A stretch of DNA of 64,000 nucleotides from a virus: IMG/VR virus record IMGVR_UViG_3300024999_001421; one strand, given 5' to 3'. The notes beneath the pieces are model-generated. The model did not search any database and had not been told where the DNA came from. It saw nothing but the letters and a program-made list of their open reading frames with translations. The translations under genes were made by a program, and so were the position numbers. This document shows, piece after piece, positions 53,739 to 61,791 of this stretch (positions within the stretch are counted from its first letter, which is position 1; every line of letters starts with the position of its first letter).

Positions 53739-53796
53739 ACTACCCTTCGGGGTAGTCCTACAGGTTAGCCTCCTGTAGTTGACAAGATGGGCTAAC
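53739..53796 (+). ncRNA. structured linker: UUCG hairpin + H-type pseudoknot
   Basis: ACTACCC-TTCG-GGGTAGT; CTACAGG-ttagcct-CCTGTAG with loop complementary to GGGCTAA at 53789-95. Confidence 0.75.
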
Positions 53797-53798
53797 AT

Positions 53799-53883
53799 GG
53801 AAAGGTCTGGACTGGAACGGAACGTAGGGGCATGGAAAGTTCCGGAGTGGTTTGGTTCGGATTGGCTAGTTAAGGCAAGGGTA
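53799..53883 (+). repeat. pentameric G(G)HNN array 2 (17 units), candidate guide RNA
   Basis: G at every 5th base 17/17, GG 14/17. Confidence 0.85.
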
Positions 53884-53885
53884 AT

Positions 53886-53925
53886 AAGAGAAATAACCAC
53901 TTCATATGAAGTGGTTATTTCTCTT
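53886..53925. terminator. perfect 40-bp palindrome, likely bidirectional terminator
   Basis: AAGAGAAATAACCACTTCAT|ATGAAGTGGTTATTTCTCTT between convergent units. Confidence 0.75.
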
Positions 53926-54124
53926 CCGGCACATATTCAAATAAATCTCCTGGCTGACATTTGAGGACTTGACACAACTTGCTGATCTGCTCTATCTCTA
54001 TTCTCCTAGAAGTACCGTGCCATAACTGACTTACTGTATTTGGCCTAATTCCTGTCATAATGGATAATTGTTTCATTGTTATTTTTCTTTTACCCATCAT
54101 ATCTGATACTTTTATTATCATCAT
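53915..54124 (-). CDS. Cro/C1-type HTH (HTH_26) regulator
   Basis: QLSIMTGIRPNTVS...LC.VL.CQPGDLFEYV. Confidence 0.88.
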   Translation of the reverse strand: MMIIKVSDMMGKRKITMKQLSIMTGIRPNTVSQLWHGTSRRIEIEQISKLCQVLKCQPGDLFEYVPEEK

Positions 54125-54292
54125 TGCATTTTACACCTCCTACCGCATACAGTATAACACTAAGAGTTATCGAATTGCAATATTAAATTTCAAAATAACT
54201 CCTAAAGCTATTGACATGAAATTTATAAAGATATATAATAACCTTAGAGGTTAAAGCATATATATAGAAGTTAAATACGGGGAGGTAGAAAG

Positions 54293-54577
54293 ATGGAAAA
54301 AAGTTTCAAGGACAGTTTTGCGGAGTTATGCGCTGACCGGGCGAGTGATGCAATCGTATCGGCGCGACAGAAGGATACTGAGTATGTCGAGGTGATGGAC
54401 AAGCTAAAAATTGCAAGTAATCGGGTTAGTCAATTATTGAGTCCAGATAATCGGGGATTACTTACACAATTACTTGATGCTTATTCCTACAGGCAGATTT
54501 GCGAAACTCGTTTAGCATATGAGCAGGGCATGAGGGATGGGTTGCGCTTGAATAAGATAGTGGGAGGTATGGCATGA
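54293..54577 (+). CDS. hypothetical (DUF6809-like) protein
   Basis: AYEQGMRDG motif; GGGGAGG RBS. Confidence 0.55.
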   Translation: MEKSFKDSFAELCADRASDAIVSARQKDTEYVEVMDKLKIASNRVSQLLSPDNRGLLTQLLDAYSYRQICETRLAYEQGMRDGLRLNKIVGGMA

Positions 54578-55452
54578 ACAATCAACTTATTCCGGTAGAG
54601 CAGAAACTTGTTAACTTTAATGGTGCTGAGATTATGGCGGTTAAGGCCAGTGACGATAAAGTTTACGTGGGAGTTAGTTGGGTGTGTGATGGTTTAGGCC
54701 TTAAAGAAAACCAAACCAAAGCACAGAGAGACAAAATTAATAGCGATATTGTACTTTCTAAAGGGGGGCGTAAAATCTCCACCCTTACTGCCGGGGGAAA
54801 TCAAGATATTTTAGTTCTAGAGTTAGACTTTCTCCCGATATGGTTGGCTAAAATTAATGCCAATATCATTGAGAGCGAAGAAGTGCAGAACAGACTTGTC
54901 GAATACCAATTAAAGGCGAAGGACGTTTTAGCAGAAGCATTTTTACATAAATCGAAGTCGCTTCGCCGCCGGATGCCGACATGGGATCGTGAAGCAATGG
55001 CAGAAATAAGATTCGCTAAAGAATTTGCCAAGGCAATAGGTATTAGACCGGAACGTGCGGTTGCAGTTGCCATTGCCAGAACTGAGAAGGAAACAGGCAG
55101 ACAGCTAACCGACTACCGCAAACTTTTACCTGCTGTCAGCGAAGAAGATGCCGAGATTTTAACCGCTAGTCAAATAGGTGAGCAGTTAGACATGAAATCC
55201 AGCGCAGTTAATTTACTACTAGAGGAAATGGGTTTTCAATACGGCATAAGAGAAGCAGGTAAGAAACCTGGGACTGAAAGATTGGTAAAGCGAAACCCAT
55301 GGAAATTGACCGAAAAGGGCAAAGAATACGGAATGATGCAGGATGCCGCTAATAATAAGTGGGAAGGATTTCAGATACTTTGGAAACCAAAGGTCCTTAA
55401 TGCGATCAATGACTTTCTTAACAGTAAGTCTGGTGCCGGTCAGGAGGTTTGA
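54574..55452 (+). CDS. phage antirepressor (P22 AR N-terminal domain)
   Basis: VNFNG.EI...VCDGLGL...LPIWLAKI...YQLKAKDVLAEAF; WKLTEKGKEYG. Confidence 0.85.
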   Translation: MNNQLIPVEQKLVNFNGAEIMAVKASDDKVYVGVSWVCDGLGLKENQTKAQRDKINSDIVLSKGGRKISTLTAGGNQDILVLELDFLPIWLAKINANIIESEEVQNRLVEYQLKAKDVLAEAFLHKSKSLRRRMPTWDREAMAEIRFAKEFAKAIGIRPERAVAVAIARTEKETGRQLTDYRKLLPAVSEEDAEILTASQIGEQLDMKSSAVNLLLEEMGFQYGIREAGKKPGTERLVKRNPWKLTEKGKEYGMMQDAANNKWEGFQILWKPKVLNAINDFLNSKSGAGQEV

Positions 55453-55689
55453 TGTGAGCAAGAAGCATAACTTTATAATATGTTTAGTCGAAACATGCCT
55501 TTATAATGACGGTGAAGGTGGTTGCATATCTAGTGTTGGGAATACAATTATCTCTCCAAAAGGCGAAGAGGCGGTTTGTTGTTGCTATGAACACAAGGAA
55601 GAAAAAACTATTCGCTTGGTTGTCGATAATAAGAAATAGTTTATTTTAAGGCACCCCTCCGGGGTGATGATTTTGTAAATAATAGAGGT

Positions 55690-56064
55690 GTGTTCATGGG
55701 AGATATAAAAGATCGCATATTTAATCATCTTGACGATGTTTTGCTTGGACGCAAAACATATGCTAGTGCCTGCACTAATGATAATAAAGAAAGTGCGTTT
55801 ACATTAGACAGTCTTAATAAAGCTATTGAGATTGCAAACAGCGTTACCAAGAGAACCCCACTTGATGACGTAATAGCTGATTTTATAGCTAAAAATAACT
55901 GCTCTATTAAGGACATTACTATGTATATGCAGGGCGATCCTTGCGATGCAGTTGTTCACACATTTAGTGGTAGTTTAAAGGTTAGATACAGCAAACATAT
56001 TCCTGGTTCTTTTATTGCCCTGGATGCAAATGTTTTTTGGAATAACATTAATAAAAAAAGATAA
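55690..56064 (+). CDS. hypothetical moron flanked by direct repeats
   Basis: GCACCCCTCCGGGGTG on both sides. Confidence 0.55.
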   Translation: MFMGDIKDRIFNHLDDVLLGRKTYASACTNDNKESAFTLDSLNKAIEIANSVTKRTPLDDVIADFIAKNNCSIKDITMYMQGDPCDAVVHTFSGSLKVRYSKHIPGSFIALDANVFWNNINKKR

Positions 56065-56269
56065 GCACCCCTCCGGGGTGTTTTATTTTACCCATTACAG
56101 AAAAATTAATCTAAATATGGTATAATTAATTAACTATTTATCGACAAAAACAAAAACGTGATGCCCGCCGACCCAGGAGGTCTTACGGCGGTGGGTGGTT
56201 ACGACACCCTGCATCACGTAAACAGTATAGCATAGTCTGATTAATCTGACTACCAGGAGGTACGCTAAT

Positions 56270-56503
56270 GTGACACAGGAACAGGACGTTGTGCGATTAC
56301 AGGAGCAGGTAAAGACATTATTTGCAGCTCAGAAGGATTTATCGGTAGATTTAGAGCGACATGAGCAAGAAGATAAACAAGCATTTGCGGAGGTATTGAA
56401 GCGCATGGATGAAATGTATAAAACATTCCAGAACCGTCCTCCAGTATGGGCATCAACACTCATAGCGGCACTAATGGGCATTTGTGGGTGGTTGGCTAAA
56501 TGA
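56270..56503 (+). CDS. holin/XhlA-like protein
   Basis: coiled coil + single C-terminal TM; first gene of lysis cassette. Confidence 0.65.
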   Translation: MTQEQDVVRLQEQVKTLFAAQKDLSVDLERHEQEDKQAFAEVLKRMDEMYKTFQNRPPVWASTLIAALMGICGWLAK

Positions 56504-56787
56504 AAATACATCGTGGACAAGTATCGGTAATCTTATTATCCATTATCTTATCTACAGCAGTATTGTTTTTCGTCTGCACTATTGGGGAGAAGCAGGACAT
56601 TAACCAACTAACCGACAATCAACTAAGGTCAGAATTGGTCAGTATTAAGGGTATGGGACCAGTGCTGACTGAGAGAGTAATTGAGTATCGACAGAAACAT
56701 AAACCTATCGTATTGAAAGAGTTGGATTTGATTAGGGGCATCGGGGACAAGAGACTGGCCTTGATTAAGAAGAAGTTTAGGGAGTAG
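56500..56787 (+). CDS. ComEA-like helix-hairpin-helix membrane protein
   Basis: N-terminal TM, DIN...L.SIKGMGP....RVIEYR...EL..IRGIG.KR. Confidence 0.85.
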   Translation: MKIHRGQVSVILLSIILSTAVLFFVCTIGEKQDINQLTDNQLRSELVSIKGMGPVLTERVIEYRQKHKPIVLKELDLIRGIGDKRLALIKKKFRE

Positions 56788-56802
56788 GGAGGATAACCCG
56801 CT

Positions 56803-57480
56803 ATGGAAATAAAACAAAAACTGAGTAAGAATTTTAGCAGCAGACAGGGCAGCAAGATTATTGCCATTGTCGATCATATCACTTCGGGGGCGTTTCCCGG
56901 GTGTCGTGACTGGCTATGCAATCCTCAGTCTCAAGCAAGCGCACATTATGTTATTACCCGTGCCGGAGAAATATATCAGTTAGTTGCTGATGAAAACAAA
57001 GCATGGCACGCCGGGGCAGTAAATAAACCTAATTGGCCAGTATACGACGGTACCAATCCCAACAACTATACTATCGGTATTGAGCATGAAGGATATACTG
57101 GTGCCGGTGGTGATGGAAATTTGACCGAGGAACAATATCAAGCAACTCTCCGACTACATAAGCAGTTAATCGCTAAGCATGGTATTCCCATAGATAAGGA
57201 TCACATCATCGGACATTACCGCATTGACAGCGTTAACCGTCCCAATTGTCCGGGTCAGGCGTTTCCATGGGATAGGTTATTTACTGACTTACGGACTGTT
57301 CCTGGTCCATTCCCTGACGTTGCCGGGGATAGGTGGAGTGCTGGACATATCGCTAGAGTCAAGGAACTTGGCTTGATGGTAGGCGGCGGAGATGGATACT
57401 TTAATCCGGAGGCGGCATTAACCCGTGAGCAAATGGCCGCTATTATATGCAAAATGTTGGATAAGGGGATGATAAAATGA
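56803..57480 (+). CDS. endolysin: N-acetylmuramoyl-L-alanine amidase (Amidase_2) + SLH domain
   Basis: IVDHIT, SAHY, AWHAG, IGIEHEG, IGHY...CPG; F.DV...W...GLM.G...F.P...LTREQMA. Confidence 0.93.
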   Translation: MEIKQKLSKNFSSRQGSKIIAIVDHITSGAFPGCRDWLCNPQSQASAHYVITRAGEIYQLVADENKAWHAGAVNKPNWPVYDGTNPNNYTIGIEHEGYTGAGGDGNLTEEQYQATLRLHKQLIAKHGIPIDKDHIIGHYRIDSVNRPNCPGQAFPWDRLFTDLRTVPGPFPDVAGDRWSAGHIARVKELGLMVGGGDGYFNPEAALTREQMAAIICKMLDKGMIK

Positions 57481-57701
57481 AAGAATTTACTAAGATGGAC
57501 TGGTTTTTTGCTGGGTGCATGGCTATTTGCCTGACTACATATCTATATACGTGTCTAATCGGCAAACCACTAGACAACATAAAAGAACTAATATTCATCT
57601 TCGGTACAAGCATAGGATTAGCGACTGGCGGTAGATTCTACAGCAACTTAGTCGGTGCGGAAACGAATAAAGATACCGACAAAGCGGTTAAACTACAATA
57701 A
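57477..57701 (+). CDS. putative holin
   Basis: two TM segments, follows endolysin. Confidence 0.55.
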   Translation: MKEFTKMDWFFAGCMAICLTTYLYTCLIGKPLDNIKELIFIFGTSIGLATGGRFYSNLVGAETNKDTDKAVKLQ

Positions 57702-57821
57702 CGCGAATAATTTTCTTATTACCCGGTGAACTTGTAAGCAATTCTTACAGGTTGCCGGGTTTTTATTTTTGCGCAAAAAAATACTCTCCTTAATGTAAAC
57801 TAAAGAGAGTATCTTGTGTTT

Positions 57822-57897
57822 TGGCTGTGAAGGTAGGTCTCGAACCTACGACAAGTTGATTAACAGTCAACCACTCTACCAACTGAGTTACTCCACA
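57822..57897 (-). tRNA. tRNA-Asn (GUU)
   Basis: TGTGGAG..ACTC AGTTGGTA GAGT..GTTGA CT GTT AA TCAAC..GTAGG TTCGAGA CCTAC CTTCACA G CCA cloverleaf with encoded CCA. Confidence 0.95.
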
Positions 57898-57933
57898 ATA
57901 TGCTTATTATCCGGCAAGGGCAGGCCGGTTTAA

Positions 57934-58392
57934 TTAGTCTAGTTTCTCGGCTAAACCTTTTTCGATCATCCATTCTGTTTCTGCCTTAAGAACGCTACTA
58001 ACAGTATCAACATCTATTCCAATCTTAACTGAAACATCTGCGGCAACTTCGTCAGTATCCATGGTATGAGGTAAGCTAAGAACCTTTCTTGCTTCGTCAT
58101 AATCCCTCTTAGTCTCAGCAGCATCTTCGGGAGAAACCTCTCCGCCCATTTCTACCTCTTGTTTCCATTCCCCAAGAACATCAACAACAAGATCGGTAAC
58201 GGTATTACAAATGCCATTTAAGATACTCTCAACTAACTTCTTATTTGCCCGAAGTCGCGGATCTCCTGCATCAGCATAAATGCTCTCAAGCACGTTAAAA
58301 ATATGCGCTTTCCCCTTATTATAGATAGAACTTGTTACCTCAACTGCCAACCACTCAGCATCAATAGTTCCTTTTACTGTTTCTTTACTCAA
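57934..58392 (-). CDS. hypothetical acidic protein
   Basis: GAGG RBS, own promoter at 58440-58468. Confidence 0.65.
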   Translation of the reverse strand: MSKETVKGTIDAEWLAVEVTSSIYNKGKAHIFNVLESIYADAGDPRLRANKKLVESILNGICNTVTDLVVDVLGEWKQEVEMGGEVSPEDAAETKRDYDEARKVLSLPHTMDTDEVAADVSVKIGIDVDTVSSVLKAETEWMIEKGLAEKLD

Positions 58393-58511
58393 CTTTATTA
58401 CCTCGCTTTTCTTTGCTCTGCCCTTTACCTATGTAGATAATTATATCACCGCAAAGTATTATTTTCAACTCAATACTGTAAATTTATTCTGTACTCAGTA
58501 GGGCTTTTACG

Positions 58512-58684
58512 CAAAAAAAGGAACGCCGCAGCGTCCGTACAAAAACTTAACCTTATGGATTACACTACTAGATTCAACAACAATTACTCGCTACACGGAG
58601 GAATTCACCTACCTTTATATTATATTTGTCGGAGTGACCGCCATGTGCGCTTGTCACGCGAGACAGAGGCGTAGCGGTTCAATG
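58512..58684 (-). ncRNA. candidate ~170-nt sRNA
   Basis: TTGCAA-17-TATAAT promoter, no credible ORF, GGACGC/GCGTTCC-T7 terminator. Confidence 0.6.
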
Positions 58685-58801
58685 AGATTATTATATCACT
58701 CGGTTAGTTATGTTGCAACCGTTTACGGTAGAAGTGTGCTGTATAAAGTTTATGGGCAAATAAAAAACTCCCTCGGTTAGAGAGAGTTTTGTGTGTTTAA
58801 G

Positions 58802-59287
58802 TTAGTTAACTATTTCCCAATCATCAGCAAGAAGATCGGTTATACTTGGAATCCATGTATTGTATTTGCCGTGTACGTTATACAGCACAAGGCATTTATT
58901 GTCAATTGGAACATTATCGGCAGTATATAGATTGAGTATATTAATGTGCATATTTTTCCCATTCCAGCCGACACGGGCAATTGATAAACCTTTTTCGAGT
59001 GCCTTCCACGCCTGCCCGAAGTTAAGTCCTGTCTTTTGGGTACCGTCCCTTGTCTCAATACTTAAATCATCCAATGCCTGCAAGACAGTATTAACGGTTA
59101 CGCGGTCATAGTCCTTTATGTTTTCAGCTAAATCAGCGTAAGGAATCATGTCGGTGTGGCATTTGGTACAAGACGAACAACCGTCCCTATGATATGAAGG
59201 TGCATGAAAACCCTGTGCTGCTTTCTCCATCATCCAAGCATCATGTACTTTCTCGGATAACTTTTCAATCAAATCTTTGGTATCCAT
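58802..59287 (-). CDS. RyR-domain + DUF2829/Tad2-like fusion
   Basis: VHDAWM.EK..QG...IPYADL....KDYDR; LNFGQA...L..G..IAR.GWNGK.M...WIPS.TDLLADDW. Confidence 0.8.
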   Translation of the reverse strand: MDTKDLIEKLSEKVHDAWMMEKAAQGFHAPSYHRDGCSSCTKCHTDMIPYADLAENIKDYDRVTVNTVLQALDDLSIETRDGTQKTGLNFGQAWKALEKGLSIARVGWNGKNMHINILNLYTADNVPIDNKCLVLYNVHGKYNTWIPSITDLLADDWEIVN

Positions 59288-59554
59288 TATTTTATCCCTC
59301 CATAGTCCTCTATTAGTCATTCAATTATACCACTCGGTAAATAAAAATTCAACCGTTTACGGTATATTCATACCGTTTGCAGGAGAAACAATGTCCGACA
59401 TAGAATAATAATAGTACATTTTACCGGATTATCTTATTGGCATAAAATAATCCCAAGTATATCTATCAAAGGTCGCCTTCCACGGTCGGCCTATTTTTTT
59501 TGAGAAACTTTAAGCGGTTATCGTTTCTTAACGTCAATAACTAAGAAACACACA

Positions 59555-59809
59555 AAACAAAACTCCCCTAAATTAATAGGAGAGTTTGCCCGGCAGTCGT
59601 TCCTCACGCGCAGAAGTAACGATTATGCCTAAATTTATGCCTGGTAGTGGTCGGGTTAGCTCCCATGCCGTATGTCGCAGAGGGGTTTTGTCCCGCGGGC
59701 GGTTATTAACCACTTTTAGCCACCAGTAACTTGTTATGTCTGACCATTGTTGTCGTTTGCCGTCCCACCCTGGTACGCTTTTAGTGAAGGAAGCGTGGCG
59801 GGATCTGTT
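59555..59809 (-). ncRNA. candidate ~250-nt structured RNA
   Basis: TTGAAA-17-TATAAT promoter, multiple stems, AAACTCTCCTA/TAGGGGAGTTT terminator. Confidence 0.55.
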
Positions 59810-60273
59810 AGAACATTATACCACCCTTCAGAATACATTTCAACTATTTTCCCTAAAATTACCTGCAATATGGACAAATTCCCCCTGCATAACTTATAAC
59901 AAAGTGGGGTGGTCAGTTGTTCGATATGCTTATGGCACATTCTCATGCTAAATCCCTTGATAACAAAGCAATGTTTGATACCTTGGATTCTATCTATCCC
60001 GAAAGAGAACTTTACAGCATGTCCTTAGATTGGCGAAAGGATAAGCAGTATATCCTTAAGGCCAAGGGTGTAAAGGGAGATGTGCTTGTAGGATGGAAAG
60101 AAGTAAAATATTCAAAGGAGTGGAAGGAAGCATGGCTTTAGTGACAATCGGCACAACATTACTAACTATCAGCGTTTATAGTTTAATCGAAATACTTTAT
60201 ATGAAACGGGAGAAAATTAAGTCGGTGTGGACTGAGACAGACAATATCCCGGACAGTAAGGAGTCGTGGGGAA

Positions 60274-61509
60274 ATGAGTAACGGTTACGGTTCGGCCAAT
60301 GCGTTTGACGGATTAGGTAAAGGTATTTGGATGGGCGTGGATGCTGGGGCCCGCTGTATCACCGATGTGGTGAAATATTTTGCAGATAAGTACGGTGATA
60401 ATAAGCGAGATAAGGCCAAGGAGTTATTCAGAAATGTTGGCATGGTACGAAAAGACGGAGAAACCGGGAAAATCAATCAACCGGTAATTATGAAGCAGAT
60501 TAAGACGGATTACGGAATTCATATGATTGTTAAACCTTACCCTGGCATATGGATAGGTGACTTTTTTAAATACCATGCGCAGTTAGAGTCTGCCTTAAAT
60601 GCCGAGGTGCAGATTACGCAGGACAGTAAGGGGTATATACACCTGAGAGTGTTTACAAGGGGCATACCGAGGCGTTTTAAGTATGTAGGTAGTTTAGCTA
60701 GTAGAGCAAAGAAATACCCTTGTGCCGTGCCTGTGGGCATTGGCAGGGAGGGTTTGGTTATGCTCAATCTATCTGACGATGAATGTTTTTCCGTGTTAGT
60801 TGCTGGGATGCCCGGGGGCGGCAAATCATCGTTTATCCGGCAGGCGTTAATGTCTCTTGTCATTAACTATGCTTTAAATGAAGTTATTCTGTACCTGGTT
60901 GATATGAAGCAGGGCGGCGTTGAATTGTCGGGGTTCCAATTGGCTCCGCACGTTAAAGATTTTGCCTGCAATTTGGCCGGCGCTAAGAGAGTTCTTACCG
61001 CTGCATTTGCCGAATTGGATTATCGGGCTAAGTTGATCAGTAAGGCCAACGTGTCCTCTATTGCCGACTACAATAAGGCAAGTAAGGATAAAATGTCTCA
61101 TGCCGTTATTGTTATTGACGAATGGATGAGTCTTGACGAGGACGCTAAAAAGTTAGCATTAACACTTGTGCAGCAGGGTCGGTTTGCCGGGATCCACACT
61201 ATTATTTGCACTCAGCACCCTTCATGTAAGGTGGTATCCGGCGAAGTTAGAAGTTTAATCCCGGCAACGATAGCTTTTAAGGTGAGCTCGCGCCGGTATT
61301 CCAGGATGGTATTAGGCGAAGAACGTAACCAGGCCGCATATCTTGAATGTCCCGGTAGGTGTATATTCCAGGCCAAAGAGCGTATGCGAAAGGTTCAAGT
61401 TATGGATTTGCACCCCGGCATGGTTAAGAAGATGATTAAAGAGGTATACCCGTCCGATAAGGTTGTTACTGTTTTGGCTACCGAGGAAGATAAGGTTTTA
61501 AGTTGGTGA
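60274..61509 (+). CDS. FtsK/SpoIIIE-family ATPase
   Basis: LVAGMPGGGKS, LVDMK, IVIDE, GRFAGIH.I..TQ.P, GR. Confidence 0.9.
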   Translation: MSNGYGSANAFDGLGKGIWMGVDAGARCITDVVKYFADKYGDNKRDKAKELFRNVGMVRKDGETGKINQPVIMKQIKTDYGIHMIVKPYPGIWIGDFFKYHAQLESALNAEVQITQDSKGYIHLRVFTRGIPRRFKYVGSLASRAKKYPCAVPVGIGREGLVMLNLSDDECFSVLVAGMPGGGKSSFIRQALMSLVINYALNEVILYLVDMKQGGVELSGFQLAPHVKDFACNLAGAKRVLTAAFAELDYRAKLISKANVSSIADYNKASKDKMSHAVIVIDEWMSLDEDAKKLALTLVQQGRFAGIHTIICTQHPSCKVVSGEVRSLIPATIAFKVSSRRYSRMVLGEERNQAAYLECPGRCIFQAKERMRKVQVMDLHPGMVKKMIKEVYPSDKVVTVLATEEDKVLSW

Positions 61510-61791
61510 GGTGATTTATAATGTTTTTTGAATTTAAATTCAGTCTTGAACCAACCTTAATCGAAGGAACAAGTTATGATTCTGCTAAGCAAGACGGTTG
61601 CTCCTTATTGGCGGATGAACTTGAATATATTTCCAGGAAACTTAAAGAGGGGAATGTTAGCGGTGATTATCCTGCTTGGGAAATAAGTATCAATGAGACT
61701 ACTGAGAGGTTTTAGGCTGGTAGATATACCGATACTTTTATTAATCAGCGTATCATAAACCACTTGTTTTAAATGTGAGGTGTTAACCTTT

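Noticed and set aside
53640-53883. Classical CRISPR array next to the Cas7-like gene
   Set aside because: No 23-50 bp direct repeats separated by unique spacers; the periodicity is 5 nt
53706-53964. ORFs 53779-53964 (+) and 53706-53900 (-) from the ORF track
   Set aside because: No RBS; 5-nt rather than 3-nt periodicity; they overlap the palindrome and/or the HTH gene
54030-54075. Self-target of array 2 in the adjacent HTH gene (TGIRP vs AC GG AT AA CC) or in the primase-helicase (TGGKPVF)
   Set aside because: Only 4-5 dinucleotides match; compatible with chance
59640-59730. HDV-like/theta ribozyme (GCTAA words)
   Set aside because: Could not build P1, P3 and P1.1 in the required order; not adjacent to the tRNA
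59734-59760. tmRNA (GCA AAC GAC AAC = ANDN tag-like start)
   Set aside because: No GGGG 5' end, no T-arm/acceptor stem with CCA, and the peptide lacks the hydrophobic ALAA-like end
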